DNA of 61,719 nt, counting the filler, from a bacterium UBP13_UBA5359 (lineage in GTDB: Bacteria > UBP13 > UBA5359): assembly GCA_002410925.1 (NCBI GenBank). It is 4 parts of 4 records of this genome, joined end to end, with 100 filler letters (N's around TTAATTAATTAA, not from the genome) between each part and the next. Parts side by side here need not be neighbours in the genome. Positions count along the whole stretch, not along the records: positions 30,846 to 61,719 come from DHPR01000018.1; 3 more parts are not named here. One strand, written 5' to 3'. The notes beneath the pieces were generated by a model. It saw nothing but the letters and a program-made list of their open reading frames with translations, searched no databases and had not been told where the DNA came from. A program made the translations under genes and the position numbers. This document shows positions 50,540-59,909 of this stretch, in pieces. Position 1 is the stretch's first letter. Each line of letters opens with the position of its first letter.

Positions 50540-50749
50540 CTATCCTCCACCCACAAGTTGTACCAATTCCAGAGTATCGCCTTCCTGCAGCTCTCTGGAA
50601 ATATGCTCCTTCCAGGAACTACGGTTGATAATCTCACGGTTGTATTCCACCACCACCCGGCGCGAGTCCACCTTCAACAATTCCATCAGGCCGCCCAGCG
50701 TAGTTCCTGCCGGCACCTCTTTATCCTGACCATTGACGATTATGTGCAT
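50540..50749 (-). CDS. thiS: Sulfur carrier protein
   Basis: IIVNG, VVEYN, C-terminal VGGG. Confidence 0.95.
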   Translation of the reverse strand: MHIIVNGQDKEVPAGTTLGGLMELLKVDSRRVVVEYNREIINRSSWKEHISRELQEGDTLELVQLVGGG

Positions 50750-50819
50750 AAGCTCACCTCCCTATTATATCGATGCTCTCTTAAGCTATCGACCGATCCC
50801 AGGCTTACTATGCAAATCC

Positions 50820-52193
50820 TCAAAAAAGGATAGCTCTTTCTCCCTGCTCTATCCCGGCTAATCTATTCTTTACTTGCTCTCGCCTATGCTCATCATTTAT
50901 ATCGTTCAGAGCCTTACGAATTATTCTTTCACCCTGCTCTTTAAGCTTGCCGTTTTCAGCCTGCAAATATTCCTTGAAAGTTAATAATGCATTAGACAAA
51001 CATAACTCGTCAAGCTCTCTGTTGCCGGCTATCTGATAAAATCCGGCTCCGGTACGCTCCTTATGGTAACAGGCTGTGCAGAAACTGGGTATGCAACCTT
51101 TGTTGCAAATAGCCTTCAGCACTTCCTTTAAGCTGCGGCTGTCATGCACCTTAAATTGATCCACTGCTGCAATCTCTCTATTCTTCTCAAGATAACCTCC
51201 CGGAGATGTGCTGGAACCTGCGCTGATTTGCGAGACACCGGCAGAAAGCAATTCATCACGCATTGCGGGCGCTTCCCTGGTGGTAAGAACAATTCCTGCA
51301 TGAGGAAGAGCCAGGCGAAGAACAGCTACTACCAGCTTGAACTGTTCATCATCAACCGGATAAGGCGCCTGCTGCAAAGCTGCGCCGGCAGCCGGGCGTA
51401 AACGAGGCACGGAAACGGTATGAGCTCCGGCACCAAAGGTTCCCCTTAAATGAGCGATATGCTGCAGCAGGGCCAGTACCTCAAATTTATGGTCATAAAG
51501 GCCAAAGAGAACCCCCATGCCCACATCGCCGATGCCTGCCGCCATAGCTCTGTCCATAGCGGTAACGCGCCAGTTATAATCAGCCTTGCGCCCGCTGGGA
51601 TGCATAGCAGAGTAGCTTTTGCGATGATAAGTCTCTTGAAATATCTGAAAAACTCCTATGCCGGCCTCCTGCAAAGTTCTGAAGTCATCCACGGAAAAGG
51701 GAGCGGCATTTACATGCAGACGGCGGATATCGGCTCCGGCATAGATAGCCTGCATCGTTTCGGCTATGCAGGCAGCTGAAGAAAGGCGCGGATGCTCACC
51801 GCACACCAGCAACAAACGCCTGTGCCCCATTGCCGCCAGCGCCCGAGCTTCATCAACAGCCTCTTGCGGGTTCAAATGACGACGAACCGCTTCCTCATTA
51901 TCCTGACGAAAACCACAATACAAGCAATTATTGACGCATTCATTATTGAGATAAAGTGGAGCAAAGACCACTACTCGATCGCCGTAAACCTTACGCTTGA
52001 TACGCCCTGCCGCCTCCATAATCTGCAACCGGTCATCTCCGGCAACCATGAGAAGATCGGCCGTATCAGCCAGCCCCAATCCGGACAATGTTTCGGCTCT
52101 TTCCAGGATATCACGAAGGCGCATATCCCGAGGAGGACGAGCTTCCTGCAAGACCTCTGTTATACGGCGCTCATCAATAAATGACGTATTCAT
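50820..52193 (-). CDS. Radical SAM tyrosine lyase of the ThiH/HydG family; HydG-like sequence in the ThiH position
   Basis: FAPLYLNNECVNNCLYCGF, FQETY, AHTVSVPRLRPA, C-terminal PSFCTAC-X22-C. Confidence 0.85.
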   Translation of the reverse strand: MNTSFIDERRITEVLQEARPPRDMRLRDILERAETLSGLGLADTADLLMVAGDDRLQIMEAAGRIKRKVYGDRVVVFAPLYLNNECVNNCLYCGFRQDNEEAVRRHLNPQEAVDEARALAAMGHRRLLLVCGEHPRLSSAACIAETMQAIYAGADIRRLHVNAAPFSVDDFRTLQEAGIGVFQIFQETYHRKSYSAMHPSGRKADYNWRVTAMDRAMAAGIGDVGMGVLFGLYDHKFEVLALLQHIAHLRGTFGAGAHTVSVPRLRPAAGAALQQAPYPVDDEQFKLVVAVLRLALPHAGIVLTTREAPAMRDELLSAGVSQISAGSSTSPGGYLEKNREIAAVDQFKVHDSRSLKEVLKAICNKGCIPSFCTACYHKERTGAGFYQIAGNRELDELCLSNALLTFKEYLQAENGKLKEQGERIIRKALNDINDEHRREQVKNRLAGIEQGERAILF

Positions 52194-52930
52194 AACGAAC
52201 TACCTCTATCAACAGCTATATTACCGGGGTTAACAGCCTTGAGCCATGCATCTTTTATTTTACCGGCCGCTGCCTGCGGATCGTCGGCTTGAAATAAGGC
52301 GCGCATAAAGGCTGCGCCAACTACTCCGGCTGCAGCCATCTTCGGCAAACGCTCTGCCGATATGCCTCCCAGAGCCAAAAGAGGCAGTGGGGAGTGCTTA
52401 CATACTCTGGCTAATTCGGATGATCCCAGCCCCTTGGCGCCGGGTTTGCATAGCGTGGGATAAATCGGGCTGATAGTAGCATAATCGGCTTCAGAATTAT
52501 GCAACAGATCCTCGCAAGTATGCGCCGAAAAGCCTATCAGAAAATCTCTTCCCGACAGGCCCCTCACTTCCGATGGCGATAGGGCATCGCCGCCCAGATG
52601 CACACCATCGGCACCAACAGCTAAAGATACATCTGCCCTGCCATTGATCAGCAATAGCGCTCCATAACGTCTGCAAATCGGCAAAACCTGGCGCGCCAGC
52701 CGAAAGAGATCAGCCGTAGTCAGCAGCTTTTCCCGGAGCTGAAGAGTATCCATGCCTCCGGCCAGCACTGCTTCTATGCATTCCAGAAGATCCTTACCGT
52801 AGAGGGAACCGTCCGTTATAGCCATAAGACATGGCAGACGCTTGATCTTCGATTCATTATGGGCTGGCTTACATATGTACTCAGGCAACTTTTTCACATC
52901 CACAGTATACAGCCGGAACACCGGTAACAA
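52190..52930 (-). CDS. thiE: Thiamine-phosphate synthase / TenI family protein (start uncertain)
   Basis: QLREK, INGRAD, GADGVHLG, GFSAH, PIYPTLCKPG, LALGGI. Confidence 0.75.
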   Translation of the reverse strand: MLPVFRLYTVDVKKLPEYICKPAHNESKIKRLPCLMAITDGSLYGKDLLECIEAVLAGGMDTLQLREKLLTTADLFRLARQVLPICRRYGALLLINGRADVSLAVGADGVHLGGDALSPSEVRGLSGRDFLIGFSAHTCEDLLHNSEADYATISPIYPTLCKPGAKGLGSSELARVCKHSPLPLLALGGISAERLPKMAAAGVVGAAFMRALFQADDPQAAAGKIKDAWLKAVNPGNIAVDRGSSL

Positions 52931-52939
52931 ATTAGTACA

Positions 52940-52975
52940 ACAAAAAGGCCGCTACCAGAAAAGGATGCGGGCCTC
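52940..52975 (-). terminator. Expression-platform terminator of the TPP riboswitch
   Basis: AGGCCCGC...GCGGCCT followed by TTTTGTT, between the aptamer and thiE. Confidence 0.6.
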
Positions 52976-52993
52976 AAAAAAGAGATTGCCCAA

Positions 52994-53074
52994 GGTGCAT
53001 TCCCTACGCCGGCATTAACCGGATCAGGTCCAAAGGGTGATTACTCTCAGCCCGAGGGCTCCCCCAGCATCCTT
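52994..53074 (-). ncRNA. TPP riboswitch
   Basis: GGGGGAGCCC...GGGCTGAGAG...ACCCTTTGGACCTGATCCGGTTAATGCCGGCGTAGGGAA upstream of the thi operon. Confidence 0.96.
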
Positions 53075-53169
53075 AGAGTTTATGCTCCGTTCAAAACAGC
53101 CTTATTATACTGCAACGGAATGGGGTTATCAAGGCGAATGCAAAAAAATCTCATAAAAGACTGCAATCA

Positions 53170-55104
53170 TTAGTATACAGGCATGGTAAACCGGAAGGTA
53201 CTTCCTTTATCAACATGGCTCTCCGCTCTGATCTCACCCCCGTGAGCTTCTACCAGTTTTCGGGTGATATAAAGTCCTAATCCCAATCCTTCCGTCCTGG
53301 TAGCTGCCCTTGTCCTGTAGAAGCGGTCAAAGATATGGGGCATCTCCTCTTCTGTTATGCCCAATCCACTGTCGATAATAGATATCTGCACTTTCCCCGG
53401 GTATGTTTCGGCCTCAATAAACACCTTATCGCTGGAATATTTCAAAGCATTGCTGAGCAAATTACTCATTATCCTTTCCAGGCGGGAGGAATCAGCCATT
53501 ATTCTGGGCAAACTTTTCGGTAAAGAGATCTCTATCCTGGAAATATTTATTGCGCCCGAAAACTGCTCCAACAGATCCTGAATAAACTGCCGTATATCAA
53601 CCGGGGCAAAATCGAGAGCCATACATCCGGCACTCATACGGGCAGCGTCAACAAGATCCTGTATCATCACATTCATGCGCCTGGCCGAGTTTATAATAGC
53701 TGTAGCGCTGATCAACATATTTGATGTATCAACACCTTTCAGATCTTCCTGCAGAGTTCGTTTCATAAGCTGTGCATGTCCTTGTATCAAACTTAAAGGA
53801 TTACGAAGATCATGAGAAACGGCATTAAGCAGGTCCTCCTGCTGCTGTTGCAGATCATGAAGTGCGGTAATATCGACAAAGGTAGTTATCGATCCTATAA
53901 TACCTCTGTCGGCCAGACAAAGAGGAGCGGCACTGACGGAGACCCAGATATTGCCGGTTTCAGGCAAACTAATGACCATTACCATATTACATACCGTCTC
54001 TCCCCGCAGAGCACGCCAGGCAGGCAGTTCATCAATTTCAAGCTGTCTGCCGGAAGCGTCGCAGGCGTTAGACATGATAGCTCTCCCATGAAGCTCCTCC
54101 AAAGGAAGATCAAGGTAACCGAACATTCGCCTGGCTGCACAATTCATCCGGATCACCCGACCGTCGATATTATATATTACCAGGCCATCGGCTATAGAAG
54201 AGAGAGCTATGTCCAGTTCCGCCGCCCAGCGCTCCACCTGCTCCAGAAGCTGCCGGCGCTCTTCCTCTACCTGTCTGAATTTCGTTATATCGTTAAAGGT
54301 CATTACTGCCTCAATGATCTTGCCCTTTTCATCAAATATAGGAGCAGAATTAGTGTGTAAATTGATATCATAGCCGTCAGGATGCTCGATAACAATCTCC
54401 GCATCTCTAACCTCTTCACCATACATAAGGGCACGGTTGATGGGAAGCTCCTCAAAGGGATAGCGGCCGCCTCTCGGTTTTAAGATATTTGTTTCTTCCC
54501 AATACCTAAATAAAGAGACATCTTTGCCAAGATTTAGGCCATATTCTTCTTCACTGCGCCGGTTGACATAGGAAATACGTCCATCCGAGGCTTTTGCAAT
54601 GATCACTCCCAAAGGTATGTTTTCCAGAATTGCCTCTAAACGATTCTGTTGATAAATTAATGCACTCTCTGTCTGCGCCGGATCTTTTTCCTGAAGATCA
54701 TCTTGAACTCTCTTTCTCTCTTCGGCCTGGCGGAAAATATATATCGCTCCCGTTATCTTACCATTTCCATCATCTATAGGATTAGCGCTGCCGTGCAGAC
54801 GGATCTCTTCCATATCAGGCAGAAAAAAACTGAACAACTCATCTATGACCGCCTCGCCCTGCAATGCCCTGCCTGGCGGCGTCTCTGCAAAAAGTATCTT
54901 CTGTCCATCCGGATAGCTGAGCCCGAGCAGTTCCACTTGTTGCTCAAAAGGCAAAGTTAATGATAACTTCTGCCGGATAAACTTATGCCCTGCGTTATTG
55001 ATAAACAGTGGGCAACTGAAGTAATCTACGATAATTATGCCCTCAGCGCTTGAGGACATAGCTGCCCTCAACATCAGCAGGTGCTCCTTTTTGCTAATCT
55101 GCAT
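53170..55104 (-). CDS. Cytoplasmic multi-PAS sensor histidine kinase (orphan)
   Basis: Three PAS repeats each with RALxGE; H-box VSHDLRNPL; NALKY, DSGLGI, FDRFYR, GLGLGL. Start at ATG 55104 after AGGAGG. Confidence 0.9.
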   Translation of the reverse strand: MQISKKEHLLMLRAAMSSSAEGIIIVDYFSCPLFINNAGHKFIRQKLSLTLPFEQQVELLGLSYPDGQKILFAETPPGRALQGEAVIDELFSFFLPDMEEIRLHGSANPIDDGNGKITGAIYIFRQAEERKRVQDDLQEKDPAQTESALIYQQNRLEAILENIPLGVIIAKASDGRISYVNRRSEEEYGLNLGKDVSLFRYWEETNILKPRGGRYPFEELPINRALMYGEEVRDAEIVIEHPDGYDINLHTNSAPIFDEKGKIIEAVMTFNDITKFRQVEEERRQLLEQVERWAAELDIALSSIADGLVIYNIDGRVIRMNCAARRMFGYLDLPLEELHGRAIMSNACDASGRQLEIDELPAWRALRGETVCNMVMVISLPETGNIWVSVSAAPLCLADRGIIGSITTFVDITALHDLQQQQEDLLNAVSHDLRNPLSLIQGHAQLMKRTLQEDLKGVDTSNMLISATAIINSARRMNVMIQDLVDAARMSAGCMALDFAPVDIRQFIQDLLEQFSGAINISRIEISLPKSLPRIMADSSRLERIMSNLLSNALKYSSDKVFIEAETYPGKVQISIIDSGLGITEEEMPHIFDRFYRTRAATRTEGLGLGLYITRKLVEAHGGEIRAESHVDKGSTFRFTMPVY

Positions 55105-55342
55105 CAGATCCCTCCTTTGCATATAGTATTTATTATAGCTTAATACATCGAGCACCGTAAACCGAAGGCCGTATAGCATCAGGAGCATCGTTTTTAGAAC
55201 ATGGAATAATCGCCGCCTCCACCATCTCCCTGCAGAGAGGCAGGTTGCTAAAGCACCCATAACGGCTCTCCTCCATCAAGGTCTCTTCGATGCCCCAGCA
55301 GCTTCTTATCCAGATGCAGATGGCGGCTCTGGCAGAATGTTT

Positions 55343-55368
55343 TGTCAAGTGTAAAGAGTTGACCCCTA
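55343..55368 (-). repeat. Diverged copy of the RAYT-associated repeat
   Basis: Minus strand TAGGGGTCAACTCTTTACACTTGACA versus TAGGGGTCAATCCTTTACTTTTAACA. Confidence 0.65.
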
Positions 55369-55516
55369 TACCCTTTTTCCCAACTAAATGCACTACCCCG
55401 GGTGTGCATTTACTTTTTCAAATCAGCTCGAATGATATTTCGACTATTTTTCAATCGAAATTTCTTGCCTGCCTGTGGTATGATATCAATATCACATCCC
55501 GAAACAGGAGAGGCAA

Positions 55517-56113
55517 ATGAATATCGAATTAATTGCTTATACCCAAGGTAATCCGTTGCTGAAAAAGTATAAGGATATTGCGCCGGCGGAGCTATGCGCA
55601 ATTGCAGCTGCACAGTGCTACCAGAGCACACCTAAAGCGGCTACGATAAGTGGCTGCATAAGACGCGGCCATGAGAGCGTTATAGAGCATGCCAACTTTA
55701 CCTTTCTAGTGGAAGGAATCTCCCGTGCCTGCCTGGCGCAATGGACCCGACACCGCCTTATGTCTTACAGCGTCAAGAGCCAGAGATATTGTCGGGAAAA
55801 TGAAATCGATATGGTGCAGCCGGATACGGTAGATAAAGATGATCCCGTATGGAAGGAAGCGATAGAAAAAGCCTGGAATGCTTATAACAAGCTGATAGAG
55901 CAGGGTGTTCCCAAGCAAGATGCCCGGTATCTGCTGCCAAACGCCTGCTGCACCACCATGGTGGTAACGATGAATGCGCGATCTTTGCGTAATTTCCTGA
56001 AGCTGAGAATGGATAGCCATGCTCAGTGGGAGATACGCAAAGCGGCCGGAATAATATACGGCATCGTAATGGAAGCGGCCCCCACGTTGTTTGAAGACCT
56101 GAAAACTTCATAA
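55517..56113 (+). CDS. thyX: FAD-dependent thymidylate synthase
   Basis: GHESVIEH, RHRLMSYSVKSQRY, DARYLLPN, LRMDSHAQWEIR. Confidence 0.96.
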   Translation: MNIELIAYTQGNPLLKKYKDIAPAELCAIAAAQCYQSTPKAATISGCIRRGHESVIEHANFTFLVEGISRACLAQWTRHRLMSYSVKSQRYCRENEIDMVQPDTVDKDDPVWKEAIEKAWNAYNKLIEQGVPKQDARYLLPNACCTTMVVTMNARSLRNFLKLRMDSHAQWEIRKAAGIIYGIVMEAAPTLFEDLKTS

Positions 56114-56169
56114 TAGACCCGATCAGGGCATAATTGAAATAACAGCATGATGTAAGACACGGAGGATTT

Positions 56170-57540
56170 ATGCACTCATCGAAGCCAAAAAAATGCCCGC
56201 CAAAACAGGGACGTGATCTGACAACCGGCAGCATACCGCGTCATCTCGTTGCCTTCACCCTCCCGATGCTGGCCGGCAGTGCTTTGCAAACAGCCTATAG
56301 CTTTATCAATGCCATCTGGGTAGGCCAATTCCTGGGGAAAGCCGACCTGGCTGCCATCACAGTAAGCTTTCCCATCGTCTTTGTTCTGATGGCGCTGGCC
56401 GGAGGACTTACCCTGGCTACAAATATATTGGTATCGCAATATTGCGGAGCGAAAAACCATCTGCAAATGGGCAGAGTGGTGCAAAGCTCCGTACCGCTGA
56501 TTGGCAGCCTGAGCCTGCTTCTCTTTGTTATCGGAGAAATCTTCACCCCGCATATTCTCAAGGCCATGGATACTCCGCCTGAAGTACTATCTCTGGCTAT
56601 CCCTTACATGCGTATATTCCTTATCTCTCTACCCTTTGCCTTTGGCGTATTCCTGGTTGCCTCTATGTTGCGTGGCATCGGAGATTCCACTACGCCCCTC
56701 TATTTCCAGGCTGCATCCGTTATTCTATCCGCCATACTCGACCCGCTGCTGATGTTTGGCTTGCTGGGATTGCCGTGCCTGGGATTGAACGGCACCGCCT
56801 GGTCATCAGTGATCACCCAGGCCGGAGCGGTAGTAGCAATTTATATCTACCTGCAACGAAAGCGCAGCCCGGTAGCACCCGATTGGCGCCGGTTGAGCCT
56901 GGATTGGGAGACCACCTGGCATACCATTAAGATCGGGATACCCTCTGCTATTCAGCAATCACTGGTATCTATAGGCATGCTCTTTGTCATCAGCATGGTA
57001 AACCGCTTTGGTGCCAATGCTACGGCGGCTTTCGGGGCAGCCTCTCGCATTGATCAATTGGCTTTCATGCCGGCGCAGACATTCGGCATGGCTATTTCTA
57101 CTCTGTCCGGACAAAATATCGGTGCACAAAAGCTGTCACGCGTATCGCAGACATTCCGTTGGGGCGCTTTTCTCAGCACAGCTATAACATTGATTCCCTC
57201 TGTGCTGGCGCTTACAGTTCCGCATTTGCTGCTACGTATCTTTACCAACGATACAGCAGTTATAGACACGGGTGTGCAATATTTGCGCATAGTAGGATTT
57301 GCTTACGTCTTCTTCGCCATATCCTTTGCCAGCAACGGCGTCATCAATGGAGCCGGGCATACATTTATGACCACCATATTCTCTCTGATAAGCCTGTGGA
57401 TCTTCCGGGTGCCGTTGGCCTATTATCTGTCACAACGCTTAAACAGCGTACAAGGCATCTGGTATGCCATGGCTATCAGCTTTGCGGTCTCCATGTTGGT
57501 CAGCGTTATCTATTATGCATCAGGACGCTGGAAAATATAG
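56170..57540 (+). CDS. MATE family efflux transporter
   Basis: DLTTGSI, LRGIGDSTTP, ILDPLL, GQNIGA, about 12 TM segments. Confidence 0.93.
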   Translation: MHSSKPKKCPPKQGRDLTTGSIPRHLVAFTLPMLAGSALQTAYSFINAIWVGQFLGKADLAAITVSFPIVFVLMALAGGLTLATNILVSQYCGAKNHLQMGRVVQSSVPLIGSLSLLLFVIGEIFTPHILKAMDTPPEVLSLAIPYMRIFLISLPFAFGVFLVASMLRGIGDSTTPLYFQAASVILSAILDPLLMFGLLGLPCLGLNGTAWSSVITQAGAVVAIYIYLQRKRSPVAPDWRRLSLDWETTWHTIKIGIPSAIQQSLVSIGMLFVISMVNRFGANATAAFGAASRIDQLAFMPAQTFGMAISTLSGQNIGAQKLSRVSQTFRWGAFLSTAITLIPSVLALTVPHLLLRIFTNDTAVIDTGVQYLRIVGFAYVFFAISFASNGVINGAGHTFMTTIFSLISLWIFRVPLAYYLSQRLNSVQGIWYAMAISFAVSMLVSVIYYASGRWKI

Positions 57541-57544
57541 ATAG

Positions 57545-57604
57545 TAATAGGGGTCAATCCTTTACTTTAGGGTCTAATAGGGGTCAATCCTTTACTTTTA
57601 ACAT
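57545..57604 (+). repeat. Two tandem copies (30-bp period) of the RAYT-associated repeat
   Basis: TAATAGGGGTCAATCCTTTACTTT at 57545 and 57575; the second copy extends with TAACAT. Confidence 0.9.
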
Positions 57605-57622
57605 AACTAGGAGGTTATAGAT

Positions 57623-58405
57623 ATGGAGCTTACAAAGAGTACAGTTATCGTCACCGGAGCGGGAAGCGGAATAGGCCGTGCCCTGGCTCTGGAATTTGCC
57701 CGCAATGGGGCCAATGTTGTTTGCTGCGGACGCAGAAAGGAGTTGCTGGATGAAACAGCCGCTCTGATCTGTCAGGAGGATGGTGTTGGGCTTGCCGTGC
57801 CTGCAGATATCACCGACAGGGACCAGGTTAGGCATCTTGTAGATACCGCTGTTGCCTCCTTCGGCACGGTGGATATTCTCTTCAACAATGCCGGCAGCTT
57901 CCGATCCATCGCCGCCCTTCATGAAACAGACCCTGAGGTCTGGTGGCAAGACATAACCGTCAACCTCTACGGATCTATGCTGGTAACCAGGGAAGTGCTG
58001 CCGCATATGCTGCAACGCAACCGAGGCATAATTATAAGCATGGATGGAGGACGGCCTGCCGGTGGTACAGGATACGCCTGCGGCAAGGCTGCTCTCATGG
58101 AGATGACACGCTTGCTGGCCAAGGAACTGAAGATACTGAAAAGTTCAGTAATGGTCTTTTCCGCCGGACCCGGGTTTGTTCATACGGAGATGACGGAGCT
58201 ACAGGCAAACACTGAGGCCGGCCGGAAATGGATCCCTTCCACCAAGGAGAGCATTGAAGCAGGCAAAACACGCCGCCCGGAGGATATAGCGCTGGCAACT
58301 ATGCAGCTGGTCCGCCATGCCCGCCCGGAATGGAGCGGCAAGGGTTATTCATCCGATACGGATTTCTCACGCAAGGGGGTCAATCCTTTACTTTTAACAT
58401 CTTGA
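57623..58405 (+). CDS. Short-chain dehydrogenase/reductase
   Basis: TGAGSGIG, NNAG, YACGK, GPGFVHT. Confidence 0.92.
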   Translation: MELTKSTVIVTGAGSGIGRALALEFARNGANVVCCGRRKELLDETAALICQEDGVGLAVPADITDRDQVRHLVDTAVASFGTVDILFNNAGSFRSIAALHETDPEVWWQDITVNLYGSMLVTREVLPHMLQRNRGIIISMDGGRPAGGTGYACGKAALMEMTRLLAKELKILKSSVMVFSAGPGFVHTEMTELQANTEAGRKWIPSTKESIEAGKTRRPEDIALATMQLVRHARPEWSGKGYSSDTDFSRKGVNPLLLTS

Positions 58406-59279
58406 GCTTGCTGATAATACGGCTGACAGATACATAGCTTAACCCAAGATGTTCCGCCACTTCCCTCTGTAGATAGCCGTATTCGCAGCAGGCTCTGTAA
58501 ATCGTCCTGTTTCTGACTGATATATCATCCGCATCAGCAAAAATATCATCTAAACCAGGGCGCAAATTGCCTTTCTGCGCCCTTGCGGGCAATGCCATCT
58601 TCTCGAGATAAGGACGTATCGTTTGGGCATATTTATCACTGCCCAGAATTAGGCCGCCTTTCAGGCTTTTCCAGGGGCTTTCTGCTCCAACACCGTCAAG
58701 GACAAATCGGCAATACGATTGCCGTGCCTCGGTTATTTCAACACCAAACTGGGAGAGAATCCAGACGGTATCTACAAGACCGGTCTCTGCTTCTATACCT
58801 GCCGTCACTCTATAGCTGCTCCACCTCCATTGAGATGGCTCTTTGACTATACCCGCCCGCACCGGGTTCAAGGCTATATACCGGCACACCTCAAGCAGAT
58901 GGTTCTCTTTCTCTACCAGAACGGATTTGAACCTGCCCTGGAATAAATGCCCGCTTATACCGCGTATCCTGTTGAATCTCTGTGCATAACTGCTGTTTAT
59001 TCGTCTCATGCCCTCCGAAAGATTGGCATCAGGCGTCTCCAACAACAGATGGTAATGGTTGCCCATAAGACAGTAAGCATAAATCAGCCAGTTGAAATCC
59101 TGCCGAACATCCGAAACTATATCCAAAAAGGCTTCTCTTTCAGAGTCAGCCAGATATATGGCGTTGCCACCATTGCCTCTGGCCGTCACATGATAGACGG
59201 CATTGGGATATTCCACTCTTAACGATCTAGCCATGACCTTATTATAGCCGACTTATGTTAAAAGTAAAGGATTGACCCC
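58376..59279 (-). mobile_element. RAYT/TnpA-REP element bounded by perfect 25-bp inverted repeats, next to tRNA-Arg
   Basis: GGGGTCAATCCTTTACTTTTAACAT at 58376-58400 and its reverse complement at 59255-59279. Confidence 0.8.
58380..59234 (-). CDS. REP-associated tyrosine transposase (Y1 HUH) with C-terminal HTH
   Basis: YHVTARGN, AYCLMGNHYHLL, GHLFQGRF, RYIALNPVRAG, WRWSSY; C-terminal QREVAEHLGLSYVSVSR. Confidence 0.92.
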   Translation of the reverse strand: MARSLRVEYPNAVYHVTARGNGGNAIYLADSEREAFLDIVSDVRQDFNWLIYAYCLMGNHYHLLLETPDANLSEGMRRINSSYAQRFNRIRGISGHLFQGRFKSVLVEKENHLLEVCRYIALNPVRAGIVKEPSQWRWSSYRVTAGIEAETGLVDTVWILSQFGVEITEARQSYCRFVLDGVGAESPWKSLKGGLILGSDKYAQTIRPYLEKMALPARAQKGNLRPGLDDIFADADDISVRNRTIYRACCEYGYLQREVAEHLGLSYVSVSRIISKLKMLKVKD

Positions 59280-59294
59280 GAACGCAAACGGGAT

Positions 59295-59369
59295 TGGCGT
59301 CCCCGGGGTGACTCGAACACCCGCACCTGGCTCCGGAGGCCAGTGCTCTATCCTCTGAGCTACGGGGAC
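59295..59369 (-). tRNA. tRNA-Arg(CCG)
   Basis: GTCCCCG acceptor, CTGGC-CTCCGGA-GCCAG anticodon arm, GTTCGAGT T-loop, CCA end. Confidence 0.95.
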
Positions 59370-59436
59370 ACGCTGTGAATATGAATGACTGTACCGACAT
59401 TATTTTACATGAATAAATCAATGTGGTCAACGCATT

Positions 59437-59458
59437 GCGGCTCCCGAATGGGAGCCGC
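59437..59458 (-). terminator. GC-rich hairpin downstream of the small membrane gene
   Basis: GCGGCTCCC-GAAT-GGGAGCCGC; no clear U tract. Confidence 0.45.
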
Positions 59459-59493
59459 GACAACACTTGATTTAGTATAATCGGAATGACGGA

Positions 59494-59754
59494 TTACTCT
59501 TCCGTCACGGTCTCTTCCAAAGAATTGTTTTTTCTCTCTTTACGAGCAGCCATGTAGGCCAATGCTCCACCAATGATAACAAAGCCTATGCTTAGGTGAA
59601 ATAAACTTACACCTGTGTCAAGCAATTCGGCGGCAAAGATTACCTGGCGGACTGCCGCCAGGCTGGCGCCCTGGAAACAGATATAGACAAATAAAATCAG
59701 CAGAAATAATCCCAGCGTAAGAAACACAAAGCTACTTAATCTAAGAAGTCTCAC
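59494..59754 (-). CDS. Small two-TM hypothetical membrane protein
   Basis: AAGGGGGTG RBS, two hydrophobic helices, charged tail. Confidence 0.6.
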   Translation of the reverse strand: MRLLRLSSFVFLTLGLFLLILFVYICFQGASLAAVRQVIFAAELLDTGVSLFHLSIGFVIIGGALAYMAARKERKNNSLEETVTEE

Positions 59755-59909
59755 TTTTTGTCACCCCCTTAATATGATCTTATTCTATATCTGCGGAGAA
59801 ATTCCTTTCAAATCAAATTGCAACTCTCGTGCGATATGGGGAAATAAAAGGATTAGAAGATCTATTCGGCGAATTAAACTTTGAGTAGCGAAGCAAGGAG
59901 GATGATAAA

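Noticed and set aside
55300-55335. CTTATCCAGA resembling the start of a SAM-I riboswitch
   Set aside because: The downstream GAGGGA, GCAACC and GGTGC elements are absent in the right order, and no methionine gene follows.
55133-55393. 86-aa ORF upstream of the PAS kinase
   Set aside because: It starts across a repeat copy and has no RBS or recognisable family; possibly a remnant, but unsupported.
57545-57604. Mini-CRISPR
   Set aside because: Only two copies with a 6-nt gap, and the sequence is identical to the RAYT-flanking repeat.
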